Below are positions 41,256 to 55,387 of a DNA stretch of 64,000 nucleotides, in pieces. The notes beneath the pieces were generated by a model, which worked only from the letters and a program-made list of their open reading frames with translations, searched no databases and was not told the DNA's origin. The DNA is from Octopus vulgaris (taxonomy: Eukaryota): assembly GCA_951406725.2 (NCBI GenBank), contig OX597834.1, forward strand, positions 13,144,001 to 13,208,000, in the 5' to 3' direction. The translations under genes and the position numbers were made by a program. The first letter of the stretch is position 1; the number at the start of each line of letters is the position of its first letter.

Positions 41256-42516
41256 GTGAATGTATATCGGTGAGTGCATAACCATATGAATGTGTGAACG
41301 TGTAAAATACGCACACATTTATAGGAAGGGAAATGTAGGGTTACCTGTGATATATAGACGCATGCAGAGACAGAGACAGAGAGGGTGGCTCACTTGTAAT
41401 ATCTGAACGGTTAATTCTTCCAAGTAACAATATACTTATTTTATTCTCATCGTTAATGCATTATTGTTATGTTAATATCGAACATTGTTATTCGGTATAG
41501 TTAATCATTTATTTTATTAGGAAATCTTTTCCTCGCTACAACTTACTTTTTCCATCTCGATATAATTTTTTTTTCTCTAATAAATTTTCCTTTTTTTTCG
41601 TTTTCACACGTCACACCAATTTCATCGTGATTATTTTTTTCCATAGGTATATCATTGTCATCGCTAAATTACACCCAGTGCGTATTACACACACCTATAC
41701 ATATATACGTATATAGATACGTTACTAATGCAATATCTAATAATTTCATATTACACAATTTATCATTATATTGATTCTTAAATTAATCCTTCCGGCAATC
41801 GAACGGTGTCTCGAATCATAGCTACCATAGTGACACATGCATACATCATATGTGCGTGTGTGTATGTGTACGTATGTGTGAGTGTGTTTGTGTGAATATA
41901 TATGAAATATGTACATCTGATTTTATTAAACAGGTTACAGTAGCTCAGGAAATTAACTTTCTTCTGCAATGCAATGATATATGTATTCGTTTTTACAGAG
42001 CACAGAGCTTGGTTCGTGTACATCTGCCTATCAAATAAATAAGCCTCCGAAACACTTAAGTAAGCGTTTCCAAATTTCCATGAATTTATATATAACTGTA
42101 TTGGTGTACAGCGTATAAATTGTATAAATCTCACCTCCATATTTGACAGATTTTTTTTCTAACACACGGTGCGCTTCCATTTTAGGATTTTCTGTTATAG
42201 CACGGAAATGAAGGTATTCAACATACTTGAAGATATAGATCAAACTAAATTTCAGTATTATGACTTGTAAGCTAATATAGGAAAATGGGAAGGGTATAAA
42301 ATATACTTTTGCTGTTCTTAAATATTTCACTTATTTCCTTATATGAAATAATTTGTAAACCTCGCAGAAGATTTTCCTTGATAGGATCTTATAATCGTTA
42401 AAAATGTATTTCATATGTGTAAGAGATAGATACAAAATGTTTCTGGTCTCCTTTTCGGTAACTATAACCTGCCCAAACTTATTACCCTAGATTACTTGTT
42501 TATATATATATATATA

Positions 42517-43305
42517 CAGGGGTTGGAGAAAATAATGGAAGCACCTTAAAATTTATTTCAAACAAGTGAATTTTAATGCGGGTAGGACCGCCTTTGGCAG
42601 AAATTACACATTGAATTCTATGAGGTATGGACACGTACAAAGCTTGTATTGTTACCAAAGGTATTTTTTCCATTCTTCAGCTAAAACCATATCCATTTCT
42701 TATAATGATGATGGTGGAGGATATCGATTCCTTACTTGTTTTTCTAAAAGGTACCATAAATGTTCAATAATATTGAACCCCACTGGGGTCTGTGATGGCC
42801 AGAAAAGATGTTCAACTTCACTAGAATGCTAATCGTACCATTCAGTAACGAATTGAGCTGTGTGAATTTGTACATTATCATCTTGGAATATTGCGCTTCC
42901 CCCCGCAAACATAGGATGAATTTTATCAGATAAAATGCTTAAATAGTTTTGGCTATTAATTCTGCCATGAGGGGAAACCATTGGGCTGGCGGATTTCCAA
43001 GATCTACGTCTCCAGTTCATCTCAGATTCTCCTCCATGTTTAACAGCTGGAAGAAGGCAACTTAGGTCAAATAGTTCTTTTGGCTATCTCCATATGTATA
43101 CTCGACCGGTAGTGGGAAATTAGGTAAAAGAACGACTCACCCGAGAAATTGGCATTCTCCAACTGCTCTAGGGACCTTTTCTGTAGGTTTTTACTCAACG
43201 CTAAACGCATTGCAACGTTTACTTTTGAAAGTAGTTGTTTTCTGATTACAGTCCTCCCGCGAAATCCGGCTTTGTGCAGCTCCCGGCGAACCGTTTTTGT
43301 GAAAA
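42517..43305 (-). mobile_element. Tc1-like transposon, 3' part, decayed
   Basis: TA-CAGGGGTTGGAGAAAATAATGGAA terminal repeat. Peptides TVRRELHKAGFRGR..RKQLLS..NFSGES (FSDES) and AIFQDDNVQIHTA (FQxDNAPxH). Confidence 0.9.
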
Positions 43306-43819
43306 GCATTCATATGAATGTGTCTTTGAGAGTGTGTATTTGTGTGTGTGTATACGTACAATATACAAATATATAAATACAGAGACTGGTATGCATTTGT
43401 ACGTATACACACACTCTCACGCGAACAGATACTTAAAAGCAAAACGTTTTGAAAAATGCTAAAGAATATGCGAAAGATAAGAAATGGATTGAAAGATATA
43501 TGGAAACTCTCATAATAAGTAGGTAGATACTGATAATTCTAAAATAATGTAAGTATATCAAATCCATTTCAAAATCAATTTGCCTAAATTTACATATCGG
43601 TTTCATTATAATTACACGCGCATCCATTTTATCATACTTATTCTAAATTATTTTTTAGTTGAAATGGAATATTTCAGAGTTTTAGTAAACTGCGAAAGCA
43701 TTCAATGCTGTAAAATGCAATTCGGTAAAATGATTATGCACATACGTAATTTACCATAAAACAACTTCTCTTGTGTTCTTACATACATGCGCAAACGTAC
43801 ACTGACACGGAGACATATA

Positions 43820-44036
43820 TACTCTTTTACTCATTTACTCTTTTACTTGTTTCAGTCATTTGACTGCGGCCATGCTGGAGCACCACCTTTAGTCGAGCAA
43901 CTCGACCCCGGGACTTATTCTTTTTGTAAGCCCAGTACTTATTCTATCGGTCTCTTTTGCCGAACCGCTAAGTAACGGGGACATAAACACACAAACATCG
44001 GTTGTCAAGTAATGCTAGGGAGACAAACACACACAC

Positions 44037-44071
<35 letters not shown>

Positions 44072-44248
44072 AATATACGACGGGCTTCTTTCGGTTTCCG
44101 TCTACCATATCCACTCACAAGGCTTTGGTCGGCCCGGGGCTATAGTAGAAGACACTTGCCCAAGGTGCCACGCAGTGCGACTGAACCCGGAATCATGAGG
44201 CTGGTTAGCAAGCTACTTACCACGCAGTCACTCCTGCGCCTATATATA

Positions 44249-44298
<50 letters not shown>

Positions 44299-44636
44299 TA
44301 ACTTTAATCGAGCAACTCGACCCCGGGACTTATTTTTTTGTAAGCCCAGTACTTATTCTATCTGTCTCTTTTGCTGAACCGCTAAGTAACGGTGACATAA
44401 ACACACCAGCATCGGTTGTCAAGCAATGCTAGGGGGACAAACACACACACAGGCATATAAATATATACATATATACGACAGGCTTCTTTCAGTTTCCGTC
44501 TACCAAATCCACTCACAAGGCTTTCGTCGGCCCGAGGCTATAGTAGAAGACACTTGCCCAAGGTGCCACGCAGTGGGACTGAACCCGGAACCATGTGGTT
44601 GGTAAACAAGCTACTTACCACACAGCCACTCCTGTG

Positions 44637-44639
<3 letters not shown>
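43820..44639 (-). mobile_element. Two adjacent family C SINEs (43820-44241 and 44304-44639)
   Basis: Both have a tRNA head, GGCACCTTGGGCAAGTGTCTT and the body. The second lacks its extreme 3' tail. Confidence 0.9.
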
Positions 44640-44685
<46 letters not shown>

Positions 44686-44838
44686 TTATGTGTTGTTTCT
44701 GTGTTTAGATATGTTATGATCTGAATATCTTATGTTGTTGCATAGTGGAGACGGTTGCTGATCGAAATCATTCACGTAGTCCTGAAAATACGCAAGGCAT
44801 GATTATTTAATACGGTTTTATCAAAAATGATTTTAGTG

Positions 44839-44911
<73 letters not shown>

Positions 44912-44935
44912 ACAAACGCAAAACAAAACATTAGA

Positions 44936-45097
44936 TTCACTTCAACTTTTAAATTCGTCGATTTGAGACCGTGACCTGTCCATTGTGAAAACTTTTTATA
45001 GCACGATTTGCAGCCCGTCGTTTTGTCAGTTAACAGGCCGTGGTTTCAAAGCCGCGAAATCACTTTGACACAAATTAAGTTTAATTGTTGAAGTGAA
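44936..45097. repeat. Imperfect foldback/MITE-like palindrome
   Basis: TTCACTTCAAC / GTTGAAGTGAA and TTGAGACCGTGACCTGT / ACAGGCCGTGGTTTCAA. Confidence 0.6.
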
Positions 45098-47101
45098 AGT
45101 AACGATTTTTTTTTTGTAATCTTAAATGGCTTATAAATTTCTACTACGCCGTAATTGATTTTGTTTTAGCATACGATCCCAAATAGAGGCACTTTCTATG
45201 CAAGTACAAGTCCAATATATATCTATATTTATGTATGTATGTATGTATGTATGTATGTATGTATGTATATTTATACCAGCTATAAGCATGCATGGGAAAC
45301 ATAAGCCAGTGTGTATATATATGCGCGGTTTGTACTTAAATTAATGACAATGTAGGCATTTTTAACGAACATAAGATCAAAATATAAATTTGTTAGAATG
45401 ATCATTTTTCTGTAAAAAGGCAATTTACATCATACTTGATCTGAAATATCGAAATCTCTTTCAAAATGTTCAAGTCCGCTACATTTTATTTAACTTTTAA
45501 CTCCTATTATACGGACATCTATATGACTAAATTTTTAACACTAAAGACTGTCTGTTAGTGACATGGTAAGCGGAGAACAATTTTCTGAAACATCTTCCAT
45601 GTTTCCCATCTACTAATTCTCAAAAATATTTGAGTGTGTAATTGTGCAAGGTGCAATCATTTTCCAAAAAGTCAAAGTGTGTGGCGACACTCTTGTCATT
45701 TCCAAGAACAGCCAAAATGAAATGTTCTTCTTGTCACTGTTTGTAGAAAGACTATGTCCTCGGAAAAATATGTGTCACCATCAACAGAATCTTTCGTGGA
45801 ATAAATATATGACCGTATATCATCCGTTGTCGACACATTGGGAAAATGTGGTCTTCATTGGTTTGATTTGCTACGAGTGTTGCAAACGATCATGTTATTC
45901 ACGAACGAAGACTAGTTAGTAAGAAACTGCTTATTTCTCGGGTATCATATAAACGACAATTGATATAATCATTTAATATATGTAAAATAGATAGCGCAGT
46001 GCAGCAAGAAACGGAATATTGAAATCCGATGATAGTAACTATACTGTTCACGTTAGCATAGCAGCACAAGTCATTATCTGTGTTATATATGAAAGGGCAA
46101 ATGTAGGGAAATCCTGATGTAAACGTAATTCCTACAAGAAACATATATGGGAATAGTAGAAAAAATTAATTCAATTGAATTTAATTTAGTTTAATTTAAT
46201 TTCATTCTGGTATGTATTTTAAAACGAAATGATGATGTCGTCAATTTTATAACAGCAGTAAGGATGTGGATGATTTTGATGAAGATGATGATAGAGGTTT
46301 TGACGAAAATGGCGGCGATGTTACTGATGAAAAGCAACCGAGAACATCAGATATGAAATTTAAGTACATTGACGGCGTAGGTGTGTTTAGAAAGGGGTAT
46401 CAACGGAATAACAATACCAATACCGACAATAAGAGGAAGAAAAGAATATCAAAGAAAAAGGTGAAGACATGAGAGTTGAAATAGATCAAAGATCGACCAC
46501 AAAAACCTCCAATTATATCTACTTAGGTCACAAGCCAACCAATCTCAAGACGTTAGTTCTTAATGTCCTACTCTCAGCAATACCTTTTCGCAGTCTCTAA
46601 AAATCGTATTGACAAAAAGGGGACGAAGGTGGAGAATAAAGCTAAAGGACGGTTCTATCTTCTGTTGACTGAAGTGTAATTCTATCGAGTTTTAATGTTG
46701 CTTATATACAAGTATGTGTATATATATATATATATAGGCATGTATGTATGTATATATACCGTGTTTCTATTGTCCTAAAGTATCGTAAAATGTTGCTGTT
46801 TCAGAAAACGTATAAATAGCTTCAACATTCCGGAGGAAAACCTTTTACTATACTTTGACCGTTTTGGGATATCATGCCAGCTGGAGATACGATATTTGGG
46901 AAGAAAAGGACAGGCAATTGCAAGCAAAAATATATATTGAAAGAAAAGTAACGACATATGTATGTATGTGTGTGTATGTGTGTGTGCATGTGTGTGTGTA
47001 ATCTCAATGACCCAGTGGTTAGGGCATCGGATCTCGCAATTGCAGGATCGTGGTTTCCATTTCCAGGCCGGGCGTTATGAGTGTTATATATACACACATA
47101 C

Positions 47102-47182
<81 letters not shown>

Positions 47183-47225
47183 AAAAAGAATGGAGTTGAA
47201 CGACGATTTAACAAAATTCCTTTAT

Positions 47226-47305
47226 TCTCGACATATGTTTCTAAGACTGCATATTCCTAATTTCGAAGGAATAAGGGGTGCATTATGGCGATTCTCATCA
47301 GGAAA
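47226..47305 (-). ncRNA. Type I hammerhead motif with 53-nt stem II region
   Basis: Minus strand reads TTTC-CTGATGA-GAATC...TATTCCT-TCGAAATT-AGGAATA...GTCTTA-GAAA-CATATG-TC-GAGA. Palindromic ACATATGT, GTC triplet, AATAAA immediately after. The 36.4-kb copy has the C that closes stem II (GTCTTC-GAAA). Confidence 0.7.
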
Positions 47306-47523
47306 GACAAGGAACTTATGTCAGCCTCATGTTGAACAAAAACTTTTAGATGACTGCCCATTCTTTCATTTATTTGTAATAAAAAAAACACACAAATTTC
47401 CACACGAAAGCACGTGATCTCTGCCCTTGGCATGTAGCTTCAACCGTGTTTTTCTGACGTGAATTTGCTACCCGGGTATCGGTTAACCGAATTATCCATA
47501 CTAGGACAATTCATTCAACTACT

Positions 47524-47568
<45 letters not shown>

Positions 47569-48146
47569 TTTAACCTGTCTTAGTCATTCGACCAAGGCCA
47601 TGTGACAGGGCACTGCTTTGAAGAACGAAACTGATGTAGTCAGAAAACATCATCTTCATCATCATAGTTAGTCGTGTAATACGAACCTTTCCTTTCAATT
47701 AAAACGTTGTTTGTGCATGCAACATCGAAATATTAACAGAAGCAGCACAAAAAGCATGAAAATTAACAAATGGAAGAGCAGGGATTTTTGAATGCATTTG
47801 TACTCCTTACTCCCATGAAGTTTTGTTTCATATTATTACAATTGTATTTATTGCGGTGAGATGATAGATGCTAACCTGGAATCATTCATCATTTTAATTG
47901 AATAGCTTAGCTAGTTAAATGTGTAGGCGCCATGACATTGCTGTTAGATGCCAGAATATGAAGAAAGTAATAAAGAGATGCAGCGAAATAATAAAATAGA
48001 GACAAACGGAGAAGAAAAGAAAACACGGATATTTCCGTCGGCGACAGTGATGGACATGGTGGATTTGGGAAAGGTGTGTAGATTATGGTGGCGGCTTTGA
48101 GTGATACGGGCTTCAGAATGAACTTAGTAAAGATGATGATGATGAA

Positions 48147-48380
48147 GGCGGCGAGCTGGCAGAAAGGTTAGCACGCCGGGCGAAATACGTAGCTGCATTT
48201 CGTCTGCCGTTACGTTCTGAGTTCATATTTCGCCGAGGTCGACTTTGCCTTTCATCCATTCGGGGTCGATAAATTAAGTACCAGTTACACACTGGGGGGT
48301 TTATGTAATCGCCTTAATCCGTTTGTCTGTCCTTGTTTGTCCCCTCTATGTTTAGCCCCTTGTGGGAAATAAAGAAACAG
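48147..48380 (+). mobile_element. Family A SINE, well preserved
   Basis: Complete head, core and TTTAGCCCCTTGTGGG tail. Confidence 0.9.
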
Positions 48381-49019
48381 ATGATGATGAGGAGGAGGAG
48401 GGGGAGGAAGAGGACGCTGAGGTTGGGGAAGTGGATTACTAAAATGAATGTGTTGACGACAGCGAAGACGAAGACGATAATCTAAACCATCCCAGGCGAT
48501 GACAGTTGTGGCCGTGGTTGTGGCCAAGATGCTCTTGGCGGTTTTCGGGGGTTGTCAAAGGTGTTGCATGTATAGATGGGCAGCGTGTCAAATTATTTGA
48601 CGATGATGATAATGATGATAATACGAATGATGTCGATGATGACGACAACAGTGACAAAGACGACCTCGACGTTAGTGGCGTGGCCGGTGACGACGTTGAT
48701 TGCAGCAACGACTGCGACGAGAACATCGACGCTGATAATCATGTTGGCCGCGGTGACATTTGATGTAGCAATCGATGCATGCGTTTATACTGCTGATGGC
48801 GAACAGAAGGATAACGATGAGGTGGTAAAGTTAATTGTAGCTGGACAAAGAGGGAGAAAAAAAAATTGTAAAGATGGAAAAAAAATTTTTCCTCATTATT
48901 TCTTTCGGTTTTTCTTGTGTTCTAAAGAGGTAATCAAGGCAGTATTAATGAATTTACATTTTGATGAGATACCTTAGAAATATCACCCGTGTATCAGTCA
49001 TTATATTCTTTCTTTCTTT

Positions 49020-49238
49020 TCTTTTATTCTCTTACTTGTTTCAGTCATTTGACTGCGGCCATGTTGGAGCACCGCCTTTAATCGAGCAACTCGACCCCCT
49101 GGACTTATTCTTTTGTAAGCCCAGTACTTATTCTATCGGTCTCTTTTGCCGAACCGCTAAGTAATGAGGACATAAACACACCAGCATCGGTTGTCAAGCA
49201 ATGCTACGGGGACAAACACAGACACACAAACACACACA

Positions 49239-49290
<52 letters not shown>

Positions 49291-49418
49291 TACGATAGGC
49301 TTTTTTCAGTTTCCGTCTACCAAATCCACTCACAAGGCTTTGGTCGGCCCGAGGCTATAGTAGAAGACACTTGCCCAACGTGCCACGCAGTGGGACTGAA
49401 CCCAGAACCATGTGGTTG
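49020..49418 (-). mobile_element. Family C SINE
   Basis: Same organisation as the other family C copies. Confidence 0.9.
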
Positions 49419-49826
49419 ATAAGAGTATTTACACAGAAATACATATACAGACAAAGAATCTTAAAATGTGGATCGAACACGCAGTGACACTACAGAAATA
49501 GGCGCGTGCGCTTTTTGGTCTGAAACGTCGATATTATCTCCCGTTGTGTTTGGTGGTGTAAGTGAAAGTAATGACAACAAAGGAAATGGCGGCCTTTGAA
49601 GGATGTGTGATGGTTATTTCAACATTTAATCCCATTGTTTATATTCAGAGTTCTATTTTCTTTTTTTTAATTTTTCGTTTCTTGTAGTTATTCGACTGCT
49701 GTGACCTTGAGGGGCACGGCTTTCAGGAAGTGTCGCCGATGGAATAAGCTCCAAGATTTTTCATTTAGTTCGGTACCTATTTTATCGGTTCATTTTGCCA
49801 AACCGAAATGCATACACGTAAGCATA

Positions 49827-49827
<1 letters not shown>

Positions 49828-49901
<74 letters not shown>

Positions 49902-49995
49902 CATCATCATCATCATCATCATCATTAATATTCAGGTCACCGCCTGGAATCGAAATCGGAATGTTGGGGTTAGTAGCCCGCGCTCTTAACCACGT
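49828..49995 (-). mobile_element. Short tRNA-like head followed by a (TGA)n(TAA)n tail
   Basis: Minus strand GTGGTTAAGAGCGCGGGCTACTAACCCCAACATTCCGATTTCGATTCCAGGCGGTG, then a trinucleotide tail. Confidence 0.55.
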
Positions 49996-50634
49996 TGTTA
50001 ACACAACGTGGTTTAAGAGCGAGTTATGTTCACAGCAACCAAATATCCGTGAAATGTAAATAATGTTAATAACGTACTCTCTAAACATTTTTTAATAAGC
50101 AGTACGTACTGCCCCCACTGACTCTGAACTAACATGGGCATTGAAACTCTTGCCGAAGACCAATTCCTGTGTCCATCTTCACCTTCTTAGGTAGTTCCTG
50201 CAGTTCTGAAGGGACAATGTATTGCTTCAGTGTAGCTCAGTGATTGATGGATTATGTATGAACAACAACAGTGAAAGTTATGATATTTGCATGAAGTACC
50301 CTTCAGTGAGCAAACATAACAAACATCGAGAAATTAAATGATCTATCAAAATAGGGAAAAAAAGATAAACTTAAGCTTGTACAGTGATGATTATCTAAAA
50401 ATACTTGCATGCATCTACAATGAGGCATTTGCGTATTTGTTCACCATAGAAAATGAAGCAATAGTATCTACCTAAAATCATGCAACACCGTCTTAGGAAA
50501 GACCATATGGGATAATAGGGTAGTGATTTCCTTGTACTTAGAAGAATGAAGTAATCACCGCGAAATATTTTGCTCGTTTGAATCTGGCATCTGTCCACAT
50601 GATATCTATAATGGAGTAATATAAAGAAAGCTAA

Positions 50635-50850
50635 GGCGGTGATCTGCTACAATCAATAGCAGGTTTGGCAATACACATAGCGGCATTTCATCCGTTCTTA
50701 CGTTATGAATTCAAATTCCAAGAAGGTCGATTTTGCTTCTCTACATTCAAGATCGATAGAAGAAGTACCAATTGCATGCTGGAGACGACGAATTGAACTT
50801 ACTCCTCCTTCGAAATTGCTGGCTAGGTGTCAAAATTCAGAGCTAATATA
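50635..50850 (+). mobile_element. Old family A SINE
   Basis: Degenerate head, TTCAAATTCC and GTACCA segments. Confidence 0.55.
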
Positions 50851-51805
50851 ACGAAAGCTAGGTATGATGATGCTTTTATTATACTATCCAAGCCGTCAAA
50901 GGACAAAACAAAATCAATTCTACTAAAGCCATATGTAGACAAACAACTTGGTAACATGGATAGAATATGAACGATCTGTATAATTTATGACATAAAACTT
51001 TCTAACAAATACTTCGCACGAAATGAAAATCTCCAGATCATTTTTTACCACTTAACATAATTGGCGGAGGACACGAGACGTTTCATAATTTCAGCCCTCT
51101 CATATTATACATGTTTATAGACTTCAATATGAACGGCTCTCTTTGACACAAGGTGATTGATGGTGTAGTACTGTGTTGAGATTTGGTGCTGCAGATCGAT
51201 GGCTTTTAGGCAAAGTTCGTTTCCATATTCTGCGGTCTCTTTCTAGGAATTTTGAATTTAGTCCGCAACTACGATTGCCAGCGCTAGTTTTATCATAGTT
51301 TTTGAATGCCAAAATGATTTTAGAGAATGCGCCTCTCGAATCGTTAAATAAGTCACCATTTCTAGTGATTAAATCTCCAAATATACACAGTCTAAGAAAC
51401 AGATCGCACATTTTGCGTTATTTTTATGAAATATCTGCAGAAAAGGCAAAAATTCAGATCGATATTTCATAATGTAAATTTTACTGTGCCCCGTTCATAT
51501 ATATGTACGTAAAGATACATAGATATATTACTTGCTTGCTGGCTAGTTGGTTAACTGGATAGAAGGATGAATGGATGTATTAAAAAATAATGATAGGCTA
51601 AAGTTCACTACAGCTGTACGTGTTCTTGACTGATGGACAAAACAATTGCATCATGTAAAAATAAAATTGTATTCTTCAACTGAATTAACAGTAGAATTTA
51701 AAAGTTAGTACTTTTTCACAAAAATATATATAAAGTGTCTTGATCCTGTCATCTTGGTTTCAGCTGAGAAAGTGAGCGTATACAGATAGGTTCAAATATA
51801 GCTAA

Positions 51806-51806
51806 C

Positions 51807-51895
<89 letters not shown>

Positions 51896-52169
51896 GGATG
51901 GATAGACAGATAGATATATCGATTGATAGATATATGTATGAATGGATAGCTAGATAGATACATAGATAGATAGACAGACAGATACATAGATTGATATATA
52001 GATGGATGGATGGATAGATAGATAGATAGATAGGTAGATAGATAGACAGATAGATGGATGGATAGATAGATATATGGATAGACAGATAGATATATGGATT
52101 GATAGATAGATGTATAAATGGATAGCTAGATAGATACATAGATATATAGAAAGACAGACAGATAGATAA

Positions 52170-52231
<62 letters not shown>

Positions 52232-52262
52232 TGATAGATAGACAGATTGATAGATAGATAGG
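51806..52262. repeat. (AGAT)n compound microsatellite
   Basis: Visible directly in the sequence. Confidence 0.95.
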
Positions 52263-52847
52263 TGAGTACTGATCTGAAATTGTCATATAGGTAATAAAAA
52301 AACTATACCGAAATATCATTGGTGTTTACATTATTTTATCCATCATTTGTATATCCATATATACGCTATCATTATAACTATATGTAATTGTGTGTATGTA
52401 TTAAGGTACCGTTGTATGAGGGAAAATCAAAGACAAAAAAAAATAACGAACCGGTATAAACATGAATGAATCACAACGGTTTAATCACGCATAAATGCCA
52501 AATCAAAGTGATTTATTACAGGAAAACATTATTCCGTTTCGATCAAAGGGAGATTTCAATCACCTGAAATATTTGCTTCCTAGAAATATGCCGTTGAATT
52601 CTACGAAAGCATGCAGGAAATTTTAAGTACTTCCCATCTTTTGGATTTCAACTTCTGCATTCTTTATCGCATTAGTCGATGGAATGTTGTGGGATCAGTA
52701 TTTGAACTGTTGCTTCGTTTTCTATTCATCAGAACATCAAATATTGCCTCATTCCTTCCATCGTATGTATTCAAAATCAATCTAAAGCCTTTTATAAAAT
52801 AGATTGCCCTTCCAAAAAAAATCGCACGACCAACGTGTGTATATAAA

Positions 52848-52881
52848 ATCATTATTATTATTATCATCATTATTATTATTA

Positions 52882-52936
<55 letters not shown>

Positions 52937-52940
52937 TATT

Positions 52941-52971
<31 letters not shown>

Positions 52972-53230
52972 TTACTATTATTATTATTATTATTATTATT
53001 AATATTATTATTGTTTTTATTATTATCATTATTATTATTATTATTAATATTATTACTATTATTATTATTATTTTCATTTTCATTATTATTATCATTATTA
53101 TTTTTATTATCATTATTATTATCATTATTATTATTATCATCATCATTATTATCATTATTATCATCATCATTATTATTATTATTATCATCATCATCATTAT
53201 TATTATTATTATTATTATCATTGTTATTAA

Positions 53231-53261
<31 letters not shown>

Positions 53262-53292
53262 AGTAATAATAATAACAATAATAATAATATTA
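52848..53292. repeat. (ATT/ATC)n microsatellite
   Basis: Visible directly in the sequence. It produces the poly-I and poly-L ORFs. Confidence 0.95.
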
Positions 53293-53722
53293 GTATTGCA
53301 ATGGCTATGGCCAAATAAAGAAAAGAGAGAAAACTAGATGTATAATACTTCCGTACTGATAACAATCCCTTTTTTGGTTTTTCATTAATATGGAAATTAA
53401 TATTCATGCAACAATATCGACGGACTCTGCTGTCGGAGCCGATCTATATGTGCTCAGATTTTGTCGAATGACATCTCAAAATGATTTGTTTATAGTGTTC
53501 AAATATACGTGATGTACATTAGATCGCTCCCTCCGTCAGATCGACGTTGACTGAAGAGGTGCTCAGTATGCCATGAGCGAGCCAGCTGTCGAAGGGGTCG
53601 CAGAGCAATGTGAGATAATGTAGTTTTTCCACAAGAACCCGATGCACCGCTTCGTTTAAGGATTGAACCCATTATCTCACTATCGTGACGTCAGCACCCC
53701 TGACCACTCGGCAATGTACCCT

Positions 53723-53783
<61 letters not shown>

Positions 53784-53784
<1 letters not shown>

Positions 53785-55035
53785 TGAACTGTCCAAAAAA
53801 GATAGGAAAACAAGAAAAATACTGACAGGATCTAGGATGCACCACCCAAAATCTGACATAGAAAGACTATATATACAACGTGTAGAAGGTGGTAGAGGCC
53901 TTATACAGCTGGAAAACTACTATAAAATAACCACCATAGGACTGCAAAAATACCTACTTCAGAAGGAAGGAAAACTGATCCAGATAGCAGCAAAACACGA
54001 GCAAAACAAAAAACTGTTCTCAGTATTTAAGGAAGCTGACAAATACAAACAATAAATCATACCACCTAATAAACACAAAGAAGAAGAAGAAGATGATGAA
54101 CAAACAACAAAAGCTATAAAACAAATGAAATCCAAACTAAAAATAGAACAGCAACGAGCCATGATAAAACGATGGCAAGAAAAGCCCCTTCATGGTAAAT
54201 ACTGCACTAAACTAAACGCAAAAGAAATAGACAAAGAAAAATCCCAGCAATGGTTGAGAAGCTCAGGACTCAAAGCAGAAACAGAGGGATTTTTAATTGC
54301 AGCACAAGACCAAAGCCTCCCCACCAGAAATTACCAAAAACATGTAATGAAAAGAAATATTACAAGTAACTGCAGAATATGTGGAGATGGACAAGAAACA
54401 ATAAATCATATTATCTCTAGCTGCCCAGTCCTGGCTTAGAAGGAATATATTCACAGACATGACAGAGTTGGAACCTACATACATTGGAAGCTATGCCAAC
54501 ATTATGGAATAACAACAGAAAAAAGATGGTATAGGCACACACCAGAAAAGGTCACAGAAAACGAGAAAGCAACCATACTCTGGGATATGCCGATACACAC
54601 AGATAGAGAAATTAAGGCCAACAGACCAGATATAGTTGTCAGAGATCATGAAGAAAAAAAATGCTTTCTAATTGATGTATCAATACCGGCAGATGACAAC
54701 GTGTCTCTAAAAGAAATGGAGAAACTCTCAAAATACAAAGACCTGGAAATAGAGGTAACTAGAATGTGGAACCTGAAAACAGAAACAATTCCTATCATAG
54801 TAGGTGCATTAGGCATGATTAAAAAAATATTCAGACAAATACATAACAAAAACACCAGGACTTACAAACACATATAACATACAGAAAATTGCACTACTAG
54901 GCACTGCACACATCCTACGCAGAACACTTTCCATACAATAACCATCAGAGCATCACAACAAATCACAGCACATACCCAAGGCACACAGAGCTGCGCTCGG
55001 TAGTGAAGTGAAAGCACGCTATAAAAATAAAACTA

Positions 55036-55038
<3 letters not shown>
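53784..55038 (+). mobile_element. 5'-truncated R4/Dong-type non-LTR retrotransposon (end of RT, CCHC knuckle, restriction-like endonuclease, 3' UTR)
   Basis: Motifs RLYIQRVEGGRGL, ETEGFLIAAQDQ, CRICG..ETINHIISSC (CCHC), RHDRV, RPDIVV...LIDVSIP (PD..D), EKLSKYKDL and PIIVGALG. In-frame stops at 54053-55 and 54437-39, and a frameshift near 54825. (TAA)n on both sides. Confidence 0.92.
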
Positions 55039-55115
<77 letters not shown>

Positions 55116-55132
55116 TAATAATAATAATAATA

Positions 55133-55211
<79 letters not shown>

Positions 55212-55224
55212 TAATAATAATTAG

Positions 55225-55368
55225 GTGAGGATGAACTAGTTGATTACGTTGACCTCAATGTTTCACTGGTACTTGATTTATAGACCTCGAAAGAACGAAC
55301 GGCAAATTCGACCTCGGCGGAATTAGAAATCGGAACGTAACGACGTACGAAATAACGCTAAGGATTTC
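55225..55368 (-). mobile_element. Family A SINE, diverged
   Basis: Reverse complement of TTCCGCCGAGGTCGAATTTGCC...AAGTACCAGTG. Confidence 0.65.
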
Positions 55369-55387
55369 GTTATTAACAATATTATAA

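Noticed and set aside
45560-45850. Possible piggyBac Cys-rich C-terminus (KMKCSSCHC)
   Set aside because: Too short and interrupted, with no TTAA-bounded TIR found.
48480-48850. Asp-rich ORF (also 46266-46472)
   Set aside because: Degenerate (GAT/GAC)n low-complexity sequence with no domain or splice support.
51127-51500. ATATGAACGG / CCGTTCATAT 10-bp inverted ends
   Set aside because: Too short, single copy, and no TSD to support a MITE.
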